Below the pieces are notes generated by a model. The model searched no databases. It was not told where the DNA came from and worked only from the letters and a program-made list of their open reading frames with translations. The position numbers were made by a program, and so were the translations under genes. This document shows positions 21,064 through 30,644 of a DNA stretch of 55,535 nt, one piece after another; the stretch's first letter is position 1, and each line of letters opens with the position of its first letter. Source of the stretch: Bacteroidia bacterium (lineage in GTDB: Bacteria; Bacteroidota; Bacteroidia; Bacteroidales; VadinHA17); assembly GCA_026391215.1 (NCBI GenBank), contig JAPLDX010000078.1:1-55535 (forward strand), in the 5' to 3' direction.

Positions 21064-23871
21064 TCACAGAAGCAGCCACATCAGGTTTCCTGATCCCGGA
21101 TCACCAAAAACTTTCTTTTCAAAGACAAATGAGTAAATCTCATTCAGACTTACAATTAGTCTACCAAGTTTCCTGTCATTTATATAATAGAGGTATTTCC
21201 CGTCAAAAGAGAACATTGGATTTGAACCTTTCAGGCTTAACATCTGGTATCCATTAGACATTGACACTATGATATCGTTCCCCAGGCGAGGAACTGCAGC
21301 ATAGAACTGACGATCGGGGGATATCTCCCAGCAATTAATGTATTGTTGTGACCAGTCAGAGTATTTGTTTCTTGCTTTTGTCAGGTAATAATCGTATAGT
21401 GAATAATTGTTATAGCTTTGTCCGAAATAAACAACTTCTGTTCGAAAAATTCCTTGTGTTTTCTCACATCCTGGCATATCATAACTGTAGTTCGAAGAAA
21501 TAATTGCTCTGTCGTTGGATGCAAACCTGGCATCGCAGATTTTTTTATTATGTGCATCCAGATTTAGACTTGTATCTGCCCATAAATACTTTTGCTTGGT
21601 ATCATTTGAGGATTCTGAAGGTAAAAAAAGTGTCGAAAGCCTGCTGCCAGAAGTATTTGTAGTGAAAGTCAAAAATCGTTCCCTCTGATAACCATTAAGA
21701 TCGCTTATCCTTAACATGCTGTCCCCTGAAGCAGTAATAATATACTTGCCGGTTTTATTAAATTCACATGACCAAACTGTATCGAGATGACCTTCAATAG
21801 TGTCATAAGGAGTAAACTTAAAAATCCTGTTATTATAATTCCAGATCAGTGCATTCTTATCCGAGGAAGCAGTGACAACAAAACGTCCGTCAGGTGAAAT
21901 ATCCAGGGAATTAACACTTCCGGTATGGCCTTCAAGCCTGTAAATGACTGTGCCGGTTGAATCATATATTTCAGCTGTATTGTCTTTTACTACAGCCAGA
22001 AAGTATTTGCCGGGAGGAAAGAAGCGGACCAGCCGGTTGTTCATCAGGTGATTTGGTGATGTTTGAAAATCAAAGATCTTTTCACCTGAACTCGTAAATA
22101 CTTCTCCTGTGCTGTTCTTGTAAATGACTGCAAAGTATTTCGCATCGTCGGACATCTCTATGACTAACACCGGATCCGGTACACTGAAAGTTGTGACGCG
22201 AGAATCCTTCAGGTCCAATAAAATAATTTCATTTCCGCTGCTCCATCCATAAAGGTGAGTGCCTGATCTGTTCATCCTGAAGGAACAGATTGAATCCTTC
22301 ACCGGGATGGAGACAGGCAGAAATTCCTGTGGTACAGAGGAATCGCCTGCAGAAATTTTCCCGTTCAAAAGTGAATGGAAGCTCCTGATAATAATTCCCT
22401 GAACAAGAGATGACAGTGTATCTTCTTCCCTTATCTTAAAAGCCGTATTTATACTAGTCAGAGGATCAACTTTCTCCTGCAAAAGTGCAAATACCGTGTT
22501 TTCCCTTATCTCCTGTGTATTTTTCTGCTTGAAGTAATATCTTATCCCTAGTCCGATTAAACCAATAAAGATTATAGCTACAATTCTTGTAAGACGTTTC
22601 AATGCTCTCTGTTGTGAATGGAGCTTTTCCTTGCTTTGTTTTACAAACTGAGTTAATGCAGGCGACAAAAATAGACTTTTTTCATATGGGGCAAGGTACT
22701 CAAGATCTTCATTGTTAAGCCAGGTTTTCCTTGTACTGAAAGCCTGGTAAGCATTTTCAACAAACTGTCGTACTTCCAGCAGTTCTTTTTCTGAAAGTGT
22801 AAATTTCTCATAGATCTTGGCAGCAAGTGCATCATGCCTCAACTCAAAATGTCCCGCTTCATCTCTCTCTCTGAGTATCCGGAGATCAACAAATTTTTCC
22901 AGGTATCTGATCAGATCAGGCTCTGATATTCCTGTGCCAAATGCTTTGATCGATTCCCCTATCTCCTGTGCGGTCATCTGTTTCTTAGTACCCTGGACCG
23001 ATACAAACGATTTAAGGATAGACATTCCTGTTTCAGGGACATCCATTTCATATACCTGCTCCTCAAGGAATTGCCCAAGCAGGTCTGATACGCTGCCGGC
23101 CCGGGCCAGCAAATCTCCGGAGAACTTAACGTTTTCTGATTCTATTTCTGCAGTTGCCAGACGGAAGATCCTGTCAAGATATATCTGCATGTAAGTAAGT
23201 TCAATTTCATTCCCTCCCGGACAAAGCTTATCTATCAATTCTTCTGAAAACCCTGTTTCTGTCTCAATCCCATATACTTTACATGGACCTTCAACTGCGT
23301 TTATGGCATTTGCCCTTTTCATCTTCTCAACCCTGAAACGATTGATAAAGATTTCGGGGAGCTCTGATTCAAACTCTGTCATCCCGGCCAGAAACTCTTC
23401 CCTGATAACGAAGATGATCCTGCATTGGGTTTCAGATTCAGATATCTCTTTTATGATCTTTATGAAGCCTTCTTTTTCTTCCTGGCTTCCGAAAATGAAG
23501 AGCTCTTCAAACTGATCGAATATCAGGAAGACCGGCTTGAAATGATCCAGGTATATTGATTGTAATCTCTCACTGACAGACTGGTTCTTCTTAAGCTTTG
23601 TGAGAGCCTCTTTATTAAATGCATCATTCAGACTGTCAATGATATTGCTCCCTCTTCTCACACTCACAGGCAGCCAGTCGCTTTCATCAAACCTTGATGC
23701 AAGTCCGCAGTTCACAAGTGATGATTTTCCTGTCCCTGAGATCCCGTATACAAGAAGCATCTTGCCCTCGAAAACCCTCCGGTAGAGTTCCGTTATTTCC
23801 TGGTCGCGGCCGAAGAAGACTTCGCGGTCGTTTATTGTATAAGCATCAAGAAACTTGAACGGGGACTTCAT
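21064..23871 (-). CDS. nSTAND1-like P-loop NTPase + TM helix + WD40 beta-propeller
   Basis: SPFKFL..Y...D..FFGR, Walker A GISGTGKS, Walker B LIFDQFEELF, FELRHD, TM IVAIIFIGLIGLGI, WD40 repeats GHTGSVNSLDISPDG and GHLDTVWSCEFN. Confidence 0.9.
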   Translation of the reverse strand: MKSPFKFLDAYTINDREVFFGRDQEITELYRRVFEGKMLLVYGISGTGKSSLVNCGLASRFDESDWLPVSVRRGSNIIDSLNDAFNKEALTKLKKNQSVSERLQSIYLDHFKPVFLIFDQFEELFIFGSQEEKEGFIKIIKEISESETQCRIIFVIREEFLAGMTEFESELPEIFINRFRVEKMKRANAINAVEGPCKVYGIETETGFSEELIDKLCPGGNEIELTYMQIYLDRIFRLATAEIESENVKFSGDLLARAGSVSDLLGQFLEEQVYEMDVPETGMSILKSFVSVQGTKKQMTAQEIGESIKAFGTGISEPDLIRYLEKFVDLRILRERDEAGHFELRHDALAAKIYEKFTLSEKELLEVRQFVENAYQAFSTRKTWLNNEDLEYLAPYEKSLFLSPALTQFVKQSKEKLHSQQRALKRLTRIVAIIFIGLIGLGIRYYFKQKNTQEIRENTVFALLQEKVDPLTSINTAFKIREEDTLSSLVQGIIIRSFHSLLNGKISAGDSSVPQEFLPVSIPVKDSICSFRMNRSGTHLYGWSSGNEIILLDLKDSRVTTFSVPDPVLVIEMSDDAKYFAVIYKNSTGEVFTSSGEKIFDFQTSPNHLMNNRLVRFFPPGKYFLAVVKDNTAEIYDSTGTVIYRLEGHTGSVNSLDISPDGRFVVTASSDKNALIWNYNNRIFKFTPYDTIEGHLDTVWSCEFNKTGKYIITASGDSMLRISDLNGYQRERFLTFTTNTSGSRLSTLFLPSESSNDTKQKYLWADTSLNLDAHNKKICDARFASNDRAIISSNYSYDMPGCEKTQGIFRTEVVYFGQSYNNYSLYDYYLTKARNKYSDWSQQYINCWEISPDRQFYAAVPRLGNDIIVSMSNGYQMLSLKGSNPMFSFDGKYLYYINDRKLGRLIVSLNEIYSFVFEKKVFGDPGSGNLMWLLL

Positions 23872-23875
23872 ATTC

Positions 23876-23939
23876 TTAAAACTTTAAACCTTAAACCTTA
23901 AACCTTAAACCTTAAACCTTAAACCTTAAACCTTAAACT
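23876..23939 (-). repeat. 7-bp tandem repeat (GGTTTAA)n
   Basis: Seven perfect TTAAACC copies at 23884-23932 plus degenerate flanking copies; fills most of the intergenic gap. Confidence 0.97.
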
Positions 23940-24970
23940 TCAATCCCCCCTATGGCCAACATCAGTGCCTTATACTCCTCTAGCAGAATATTGTAATTAC
24001 TCAGTGCCCTCAGATCACATTTTTCGGTAACCTCCGTTCCGAGATACATCAGATGCCCGCTCCTGTATTTTGTGTACATAAAGATGTCTTTCCTTATGTC
24101 AAATTTCTCCTTTGCATCAATTACTTCTGAGTTGGTATCAATTATCAGTGGCGACAGGTTCAGGTAATCGTCGAACGATTTGATCGACTTCATTAATAGC
24201 ACTGACTGGCTGTCGGAGAATTTTGTCTCATCAATCTCTTCGCCTTTGAAATCGGAATCGGAGCTGTTCAGGAGGTCGATAATATGATGGAACTTAGCTT
24301 CATGTATCCTTGGCTTTATGACTTTTATGTCTCTCACCGAAACAAGCCTGTATTTTGCAAAAAATGATATCCGCTGAAGTATCATTGTAAGCTTCTCCTC
24401 ATACTCGACGCACCTTTTTTCAATCTCTCCCTCATCGAGATTGATCTGGTAGTGGCCTATTTCATTCCTTTCCGGGACCCAGAAATCAATAGCAGCAAAG
24501 AACTTCTTATCGAACTGTTCATTCATCTCCGGAAGGAACCATTCAACTTTCTGTTCACTGTAGGCTGTGGCAAGCGCTCTTATCAGCCAGCAGAAGTTGC
24601 CCATTGTCAGTACCTGGAACCTGTCTGCAAACTCTTTCCTTACCTGGTCCGGCAGAACAATTTTTTTATTTGTCACATCGTACCATACCTGGCAAACCAT
24701 TACGAAACTTACAAACTGGATTGTCCGTTCGATTGTCTTAAAGATCTGGTCGAGCCTTTGCCGTCCCAGCTGACGCATTGAACCGGAGAAGAGCCTTCTG
24801 AGCTCCACTCCTGCCGGCCATGGAAAATTCTTGATAACCAGATCGGCAATGATCCGGAGGTCTATCTCTTCATTTTCATCTTTATCAGGCATATACTTTG
24901 CCAGAGCAGGACGGTATTTAACCATTTCGACAAATACCTTCTGGATAAGATCCTCATTTATAACAGCCAT
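23933..24970 (-). CDS. Hypothetical cytoplasmic protein with RxxxxH (HEPN-like) motif, partner of the STAND NTPase
   Basis: 345 aa, largely helical, no signal peptide; TMGNF...ERNEIGHY; co-oriented 61 bp upstream of the NTPase gene. Confidence 0.7.
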   Translation of the reverse strand: MAVINEDLIQKVFVEMVKYRPALAKYMPDKDENEEIDLRIIADLVIKNFPWPAGVELRRLFSGSMRQLGRQRLDQIFKTIERTIQFVSFVMVCQVWYDVTNKKIVLPDQVRKEFADRFQVLTMGNFCWLIRALATAYSEQKVEWFLPEMNEQFDKKFFAAIDFWVPERNEIGHYQINLDEGEIEKRCVEYEEKLTMILQRISFFAKYRLVSVRDIKVIKPRIHEAKFHHIIDLLNSSDSDFKGEEIDETKFSDSQSVLLMKSIKSFDDYLNLSPLIIDTNSEVIDAKEKFDIRKDIFMYTKYRSGHLMYLGTEVTEKCDLRALSNYNILLEEYKALMLAIGGIEV

Positions 24971-25025
24971 AATCAGGAGATTCTACCTTTCAAAACCGGA
25001 ATTATGATCAGGTGTATATGTAAAG

Positions 25026-25913
25026 TTATTCCTTTTTTGAATTCGCAACCATCGTATTGAACAATTCAAGCTGCTCTTTCATGGCAGCAACCCTGTCAGC
25101 CGGTTCTGTGCGGCCTTCAAGCAAGATCCATCCTGAATAGCCTATACCTACAAGCAGGTCAAACAACTGCTGGTACGGGTAAGTACCTTCATTAAGCTCC
25201 CGGATATGAACAGTGTCGCCAAACCACTTGCATACACTGTTGAAGTTGGCTTCGAGTCCCGGAGGCAGCAGATCCTGCTCATTGCAGTTCCAGCACATCT
25301 TTACGTTATCCTCTGTAACCTGGTCAAATATGGCTTTCATATTTGGGATTTCCTGAGTGATATCTCCATGTACTTCCACTCTTAACAACTGACCGTAATC
25401 TTGGGCAAACTTTCCGACTTCATTCAGCGAATCAGCTATCTGTTTAATTGTTTTTACATTTGGCACCTCAGGAGGCATGTAATTTGGTTTAACCTTAAGA
25501 CCTGTTGCCCCGATATCCCTGCAGAGCTTTATGTACTCTTTTGCCTGGTCTATATTTTCGCGAAGCTTTGCCGGATCAGGACTGTGGAACTCAAAGTTGG
25601 AACCGTAGCCAATACAGATAACTGAACTGTCAGCAAATCTCTTTCTGACCTCACCACGCTGATCTGCAGTCAGGTTAATTTCAACCTTATGTGCATGTTC
25701 TGTTCTCAGTTCCACACCCATGTAACCTGCTTTTTCACAATTGGATATGAGAGTCGGAAGATCCCAGTCACTGCCCCACTGATAAGTTACCAGGCCGAAT
25801 TTCATCGCTGCCGGAACAGATCTTGCAAGCTCCGGAAAATCCCTGAAAAATGCCAGAGCTACTCCGGCACCAAGGCTGGTTTGAATAAACTGACGTCTAT
25901 TAATATATTTCAT
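25026..25913 (-). CDS. Tat-exported AP_endonuc_2 TIM barrel (sugar-phosphate isomerase/epimerase family)
   Basis: NRRQFI; GVELR, VEVHG, HIRE, GYSGWILLE. Confidence 0.82.
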   Translation of the reverse strand: MKYINRRQFIQTSLGAGVALAFFRDFPELARSVPAAMKFGLVTYQWGSDWDLPTLISNCEKAGYMGVELRTEHAHKVEINLTADQRGEVRKRFADSSVICIGYGSNFEFHSPDPAKLRENIDQAKEYIKLCRDIGATGLKVKPNYMPPEVPNVKTIKQIADSLNEVGKFAQDYGQLLRVEVHGDITQEIPNMKAIFDQVTEDNVKMCWNCNEQDLLPPGLEANFNSVCKWFGDTVHIRELNEGTYPYQQLFDLLVGIGYSGWILLEGRTEPADRVAAMKEQLELFNTMVANSKKE

Positions 25914-25945
25914 AATCTTAAATTATCATGCAATCTTGCATTTTT

Positions 25946-26105
25946 CGTTTGATCGTTTGATCGTTTGATCGTTTGATCGTTCGATCGTTCGATCGTTTTA
26001 ACCTTCAAACCTTCAAACTTTCATATTTTCTCCCCTTCTCCCATTCTCCCATTCTCCCATTCTTTCTTGTACCGTCGCACCTTTGTACCGTTGTACCTTT
26101 GCACC
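25946..26105 (-). repeat. Four-block composite 8-bp tandem array
   Basis: Minus strand blocks: GGTRCAAM, GGGAGAAT, GGTTTGAA, CGATCRAA. Confidence 0.92.
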
Positions 26106-26125
26106 ATTAATAAGTTATGCCATGC

Positions 26126-27493
26126 TTAAACTTCTTCGGGAACTATGTAAGGTTTTCTATACTCGCGGGTGAGCAATTTATCTGCTTCCTTATCCTTGAC
26201 AAACTTTTCCGTTGTACCATCGAATGTCAGCTGCCTTCCGACCTTGTACGAGATATTTGCAAGTGCCGGAAGTGCCGATGACATATAACCTTCAAGAATG
26301 TCGCAATGCAGCGTTTCATTTTTCCCAGACCGTATAGCATCAATGAAATTGGCATAATGTGCCGAGTCGCCGGGAGGTGCCATAAATGTCGGATCAGAAG
26401 TCTTCGGACTCATATCCGATCCGGCAAACGGTTTGTCCTCACGTTTGCGGTAAGCTTTCCAGTTTCCTTCATTGATCTCAAGGTAACCTTCCGTACCATA
26501 GAACATATTGCCTATTCTGATACCAAGGCCAGCTTCTGCATGTGTATACCTTCCGCGTGTTTCAAATTCGAGGATTTTTCCATCCTTATACCTGAAGACC
26601 GATGTCTGCGTGTTCGGTGTCTCCTGCGAACATTCCTTTGGATCGATCCCGAAAATATTTCCCATGGAATAAATTGTAACAGGATGTTCATTCTTGTTCA
26701 GTCCCCAGCGGGCTATATCGAACTGGTGAGGTCCCTGGTTTGCAGTATCACCGCCGCCGGTATTCCAGTGCCAGTGCCAGTTATAATGGGTACGTTTTTC
26801 ATTATATGGCTGCCATGCTGCAGGACCAAGCCATAAATCATAATGGAGTGATGGCGGTGGTGTTCCGTCTGGTGCAATTCCAAATGAATCACGCGGTTTG
26901 AAGCATAATCCCTTTGCCATGAACACTTCACCTATGCCGCCTTCGTGAAGGAATTTAATTGCTTCCATTACACCCGTGATTGAACGGTTCTGCATTCCGC
27001 ACTGGACACGGACGTTGTATTTACGCGCTGCCTGAACCATCCGGCGTCCTTCAAGTACTGTATGACAGGCAGGCTTCTCAACATAAACATGCTTGCCTGC
27101 CTGGCAAGCCCATATTGTACCAAGTGCATGCCAGAAATTAGGAACGGCAAAAGAGACAGCGTCTATCTCCTTGTCATCAAAGACCTTGCGCATATCCCAG
27201 ACTGTTTCTGGTGTCTCTCCCGTTTTATTTATCACCTGATTGATCCGGTCAGGGAAGAATTGTTCATCGGCATCACAGAGGGTTTTTATCCAGACGTTCT
27301 TGCTTTCTTTTATAACAGACCAGTTGTCTATATGTGTACCACCCTGACTGCGGATGCCGATAACGGCAACATGAATACGATCATTTGCCCCCTGTATCGA
27401 CCTGTACGACCTGGCGCTTAATGCCATACCCCCAATGGCTAAACCTGCAGTGCCCAGAACGCTTTGTTTGATAAATTCTCTTCTTTTTGTCAT
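26126..27493 (-). CDS. Tat-exported Gfo/Idh/MocA oxidoreductase
   Basis: KRREFIK; GKHVYVEKP; WHWHW..GGGD..NQGPH. Confidence 0.92.
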   Translation of the reverse strand: MTKRREFIKQSVLGTAGLAIGGMALSARSYRSIQGANDRIHVAVIGIRSQGGTHIDNWSVIKESKNVWIKTLCDADEQFFPDRINQVINKTGETPETVWDMRKVFDDKEIDAVSFAVPNFWHALGTIWACQAGKHVYVEKPACHTVLEGRRMVQAARKYNVRVQCGMQNRSITGVMEAIKFLHEGGIGEVFMAKGLCFKPRDSFGIAPDGTPPPSLHYDLWLGPAAWQPYNEKRTHYNWHWHWNTGGGDTANQGPHQFDIARWGLNKNEHPVTIYSMGNIFGIDPKECSQETPNTQTSVFRYKDGKILEFETRGRYTHAEAGLGIRIGNMFYGTEGYLEINEGNWKAYRKREDKPFAGSDMSPKTSDPTFMAPPGDSAHYANFIDAIRSGKNETLHCDILEGYMSSALPALANISYKVGRQLTFDGTTEKFVKDKEADKLLTREYRKPYIVPEEV

Positions 27494-27608
27494 CTTATAA
27501 TAGTTTTATTTAATACCCTTCTTTTGATAATATAAATTTAACCGTTTTTATTATACGGTTACCGATAGTTATGAAGAAGTTCTTAATTTTACTATAACAA
27601 AAGCAAGG

Positions 27609-28751
27609 ATGCCGTATAAACTGAAATTTTCCGCTATCATCGCTTTTAGCCTTCTAACCCTTCAGGGAATTCATGGTCAGCTGCTTGACTTTAACGGGCA
27701 GGTTGCAGGATGGATGACAGCTAACTATTCAGGCGGTTTCGGATTTCAGACGGGACTCAGATACATCCCGCAGCTTTTGCTGAAAGTTCCTGAAAGCGGG
27801 AAATACACAATCGACGGTGAATTCTCAGCTGATTCATATCTAAGCTATTCAATCCTTCAGGATACGGATAATTCTTTTGATCTGGATGCGCGCCTGTACA
27901 GGTTCTGGTTAAGGTTCTCAGGGGATAGGTTTGAAGTACGTGCAGGTCTGCAAAAGATCAATTTCGGATCTGCTTCCATGCTCAGACCCCTGATGTGGTT
28001 CGACAGGATAGATCCCCGCGATCCCCTGCAGCTTACCCGGGGAGTGTATGCCATCCAGGGGAAGTATTATTTTGAGAATAACGCAAATATCTGGTTATGG
28101 ATCCTTTATGGCAATAAAAGCATAAAAGGATGGGAATTAATCCCTTCAAGGCGCTGGAGGCCTGAGCTTGGGGGGAGAATACAACTTCCGGTACCGAAAG
28201 GTGAGCTTGCTTTCAGTTATCATAACCGGGAAGCCGAATTTCCCGATGATTGGCAGCCTCCTGTAACAGAAAGCTCAAGGTTCCCCGAAAACCGTTTCGG
28301 CTTCGATCTTAAACTGGACCTTGGACCAGGAATATGGGTTGAAGGATCTGTCACCCATCAGAAACAAGACGAGATACCACCGTTCACAACGGCAATTACT
28401 ATAGGCGCAGACTATACAATAGGCATTGGTAACGGTCTGAACATAACTGCCGAACACATGTTTTTCAGCTCCTCTGAAGAATTGTTCAGAAGCGGAGAGG
28501 ATTTGTCATTTACAGGCATCTCAGCCGGAATTCCACTTTCAATAATTACCAGGGTAAGCGCAATTGTTTTTTATGACTGGAAAAACAATGGTTTCTACCG
28601 TTTTACCAATTTATCATTTACCTTTGATAAGATAGCTGTCAATATGATCGGATTCTGGAATCCTGAGACGTTCAGGATATTCAATTACGACTCGGGACCA
28701 AATATGTTTGCAGGAGCAGGAGGACAGGTGATGGTGGTTTATAATTATTAA
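27609..28751 (+). CDS. Putative outer-membrane beta-barrel/porin
   Basis: Signal peptide, RAGLQKINFG motif, amphipathic strands, C-terminal VVYNY; first gene of the ABC operon. Confidence 0.7.
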   Translation: MPYKLKFSAIIAFSLLTLQGIHGQLLDFNGQVAGWMTANYSGGFGFQTGLRYIPQLLLKVPESGKYTIDGEFSADSYLSYSILQDTDNSFDLDARLYRFWLRFSGDRFEVRAGLQKINFGSASMLRPLMWFDRIDPRDPLQLTRGVYAIQGKYYFENNANIWLWILYGNKSIKGWELIPSRRWRPELGGRIQLPVPKGELAFSYHNREAEFPDDWQPPVTESSRFPENRFGFDLKLDLGPGIWVEGSVTHQKQDEIPPFTTAITIGADYTIGIGNGLNITAEHMFFSSSEELFRSGEDLSFTGISAGIPLSIITRVSAIVFYDWKNNGFYRFTNLSFTFDKIAVNMIGFWNPETFRIFNYDSGPNMFAGAGGQVMVVYNY

Positions 28752-28760
28752 AGAAACAAG

Positions 28761-29459
28761 ATGAATAATTCAGAGATTATCTCGGTAAAGGATTTAACGA
28801 AGAAATTCCCGATGGGTATGGGGGAATTTACTGCCCTCAATGGTATCAACCTTGAATTTTCGAAGGGTGAATTTTCGGGTGTTGTGGGACCATCAGGATC
28901 AGGGAAAACGACATTGCTCAACATAATTGGATTGCTTGATAACCCAAGCGACGGTGATGCAATTATCATGGGAAGCTCGAGCAGGGATCTGTCTGTCAGG
29001 GGAGCAGCTCTCCTTCGCAGGAAACACATGGGTTTTATCTTTCAGACATACAACCTGTTGACTGTATACACCGTTTTTGAGAATGCCGAATTTCCTCTTC
29101 TGCTTCTAAGAATGACTGTAGGCGAAAGAAAAAAAGCAGTGCTTGAAGCGCTTGAATGGGTCGGCCTTACAGACAAGATAAAATCAAAGCCTGCCCAGCT
29201 GTCAGGTGGTGAGTGCCAGAGAGTTGCAATTGCCAGAGCAATGGTAAAAAGGCCGGAGATAGTGCTGGCCGATGAGCCAACCGCCAACCTTGATGCTGAC
29301 AATTCGCATCATATCCTGCGGACCATGGAGAAGCTGAACCATGAGCTTAAGACTACTTTCATCTTTGCCACACACGATGATAAAGTGATCAGTTATCTGA
29401 GGAGAAAGATAACCCTGATAGATGGTAAAGTATCACGCGATGAAATTGTAAAACAATAA
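28761..29459 (+). CDS. ABC transporter ATP-binding protein (LolD/MacB-like)
   Basis: GPSGSGKT, LSGGECQRVAIARA, ADEPTANLD, ATHD. Confidence 0.95.
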   Translation: MNNSEIISVKDLTKKFPMGMGEFTALNGINLEFSKGEFSGVVGPSGSGKTTLLNIIGLLDNPSDGDAIIMGSSSRDLSVRGAALLRRKHMGFIFQTYNLLTVYTVFENAEFPLLLLRMTVGERKKAVLEALEWVGLTDKIKSKPAQLSGGECQRVAIARAMVKRPEIVLADEPTANLDADNSHHILRTMEKLNHELKTTFIFATHDDKVISYLRRKITLIDGKVSRDEIVKQ

Positions 29460-29471
29460 AACAGGGCAAAG

Positions 29472-30644
29472 ATGCTTGCATTTAAACTTGCTTTAAAGAA
29501 CCTCATAGGGGCAGGACTCAGGACCTGGCTTAATGTCTTTGTCCTTTCACTTGCACTCTTCATGATAGTCTTTCAGTCAGGTATAATTGAAGGATGGAAC
29601 CGCCAGGCAAAGGCCGATATGATTGACTGGGAAGTAGGCGGCGGTGAATACTGGCATGAACTTTATGATCCGTATGACCCCCTGACTCTGAACGACGGAC
29701 ATGCCGTATTGCCGACAGAGATAAGTCAGCTCTGTATGGACGGACAGGCAGTTCCTGTTCTGGTAACCCAGGCATCAGTCTATCCTGAAGGAAGAATGAG
29801 AAACATCCTGCTGAAAGGCATTGATCAATCCCAGAATATAATTAAGATGCAGACAGCTGATCTCAAAAATGATTCTTCAACAATAAATGCAATGATCGGG
29901 ACCAGGATGGCAAATGCCACCAAACTTAAAACGAACGATCTTGTGACAGTAAGATGGCGTGATGCAAACGGGACCTTTGATGCAACAGAGATAAGGATTG
30001 CAGGAATATTCCACACAAACGTTCCCAGTATTGATAACAACCAAATATGGGTATCGCTTGATAACCTTCAGAGAATGACCGGTATGGACGATCAGGCCAC
30101 TTATATTATCCTTAAACAGGGCATTACGTCGACCCCGACAGTTCCGGGATGGATCTATAAGGGTTATGATATCCTTTTCAAAGAGCTGGATACTATCATC
30201 AAAGCAAAGGGTGTTGGAGGAATTGTTGTTTATATCATCCTCCTTTCGCTTGCGTTGCTTGCAGTATTCGACACACAGGTGCTTTCTATTTTCAGGAGAG
30301 AAAAGGAGATTGGGACATACGTTGCCCTTGGAATGACCCGCTGGCAGGTGGTTTGGCTCTTTACAATTGAAGGAGCTATGCATTCAATACTGTCAGTGAT
30401 TGCAGCAGCTGTATGGGGTACGCCAATATTATACATGGTGGCAAAGAAAGGCTTTGGAATGCCAAAAGGGATTGAAGGATATGGCCTTACGATAGCAGAA
30501 AAGATATTTCCATATTATGCAGCGGGGACTATTATTACAATGACTTTGATTATCCTGATAACAACAACAATAGTGAGCTTTATTCCATCAAGGAAAATTG
30601 CAGGGATGAAACCAACTGAAGCGCTGAGGGGGAAAGTACAATGA
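29472..30644 (+). CDS. FtsX/LolC-E-like ABC permease
   Basis: TM1, large periplasmic loop, RREKEIGT..ALG, C-terminal P..ALR. Confidence 0.9.
   Translation: MLAFKLALKNLIGAGLRTWLNVFVLSLALFMIVFQSGIIEGWNRQAKADMIDWEVGGGEYWHELYDPYDPLTLNDGHAVLPTEISQLCMDGQAVPVLVTQASVYPEGRMRNILLKGIDQSQNIIKMQTADLKNDSSTINAMIGTRMANATKLKTNDLVTVRWRDANGTFDATEIRIAGIFHTNVPSIDNNQIWVSLDNLQRMTGMDDQATYIILKQGITSTPTVPGWIYKGYDILFKELDTIIKAKGVGGIVVYIILLSLALLAVFDTQVLSIFRREKEIGTYVALGMTRWQVVWLFTIEGAMHSILSVIAAAVWGTPILYMVAKKGFGMPKGIEGYGLTIAEKIFPYYAAGTIITMTLIILITTTIVSFIPSRKIAGMKPTEALRGKVQ

Noticed and set aside
23884-23932. Telomere or eukaryotic contamination (TTAAACC repeats)
   Set aside because: Short, internal and embedded between two bacterial genes
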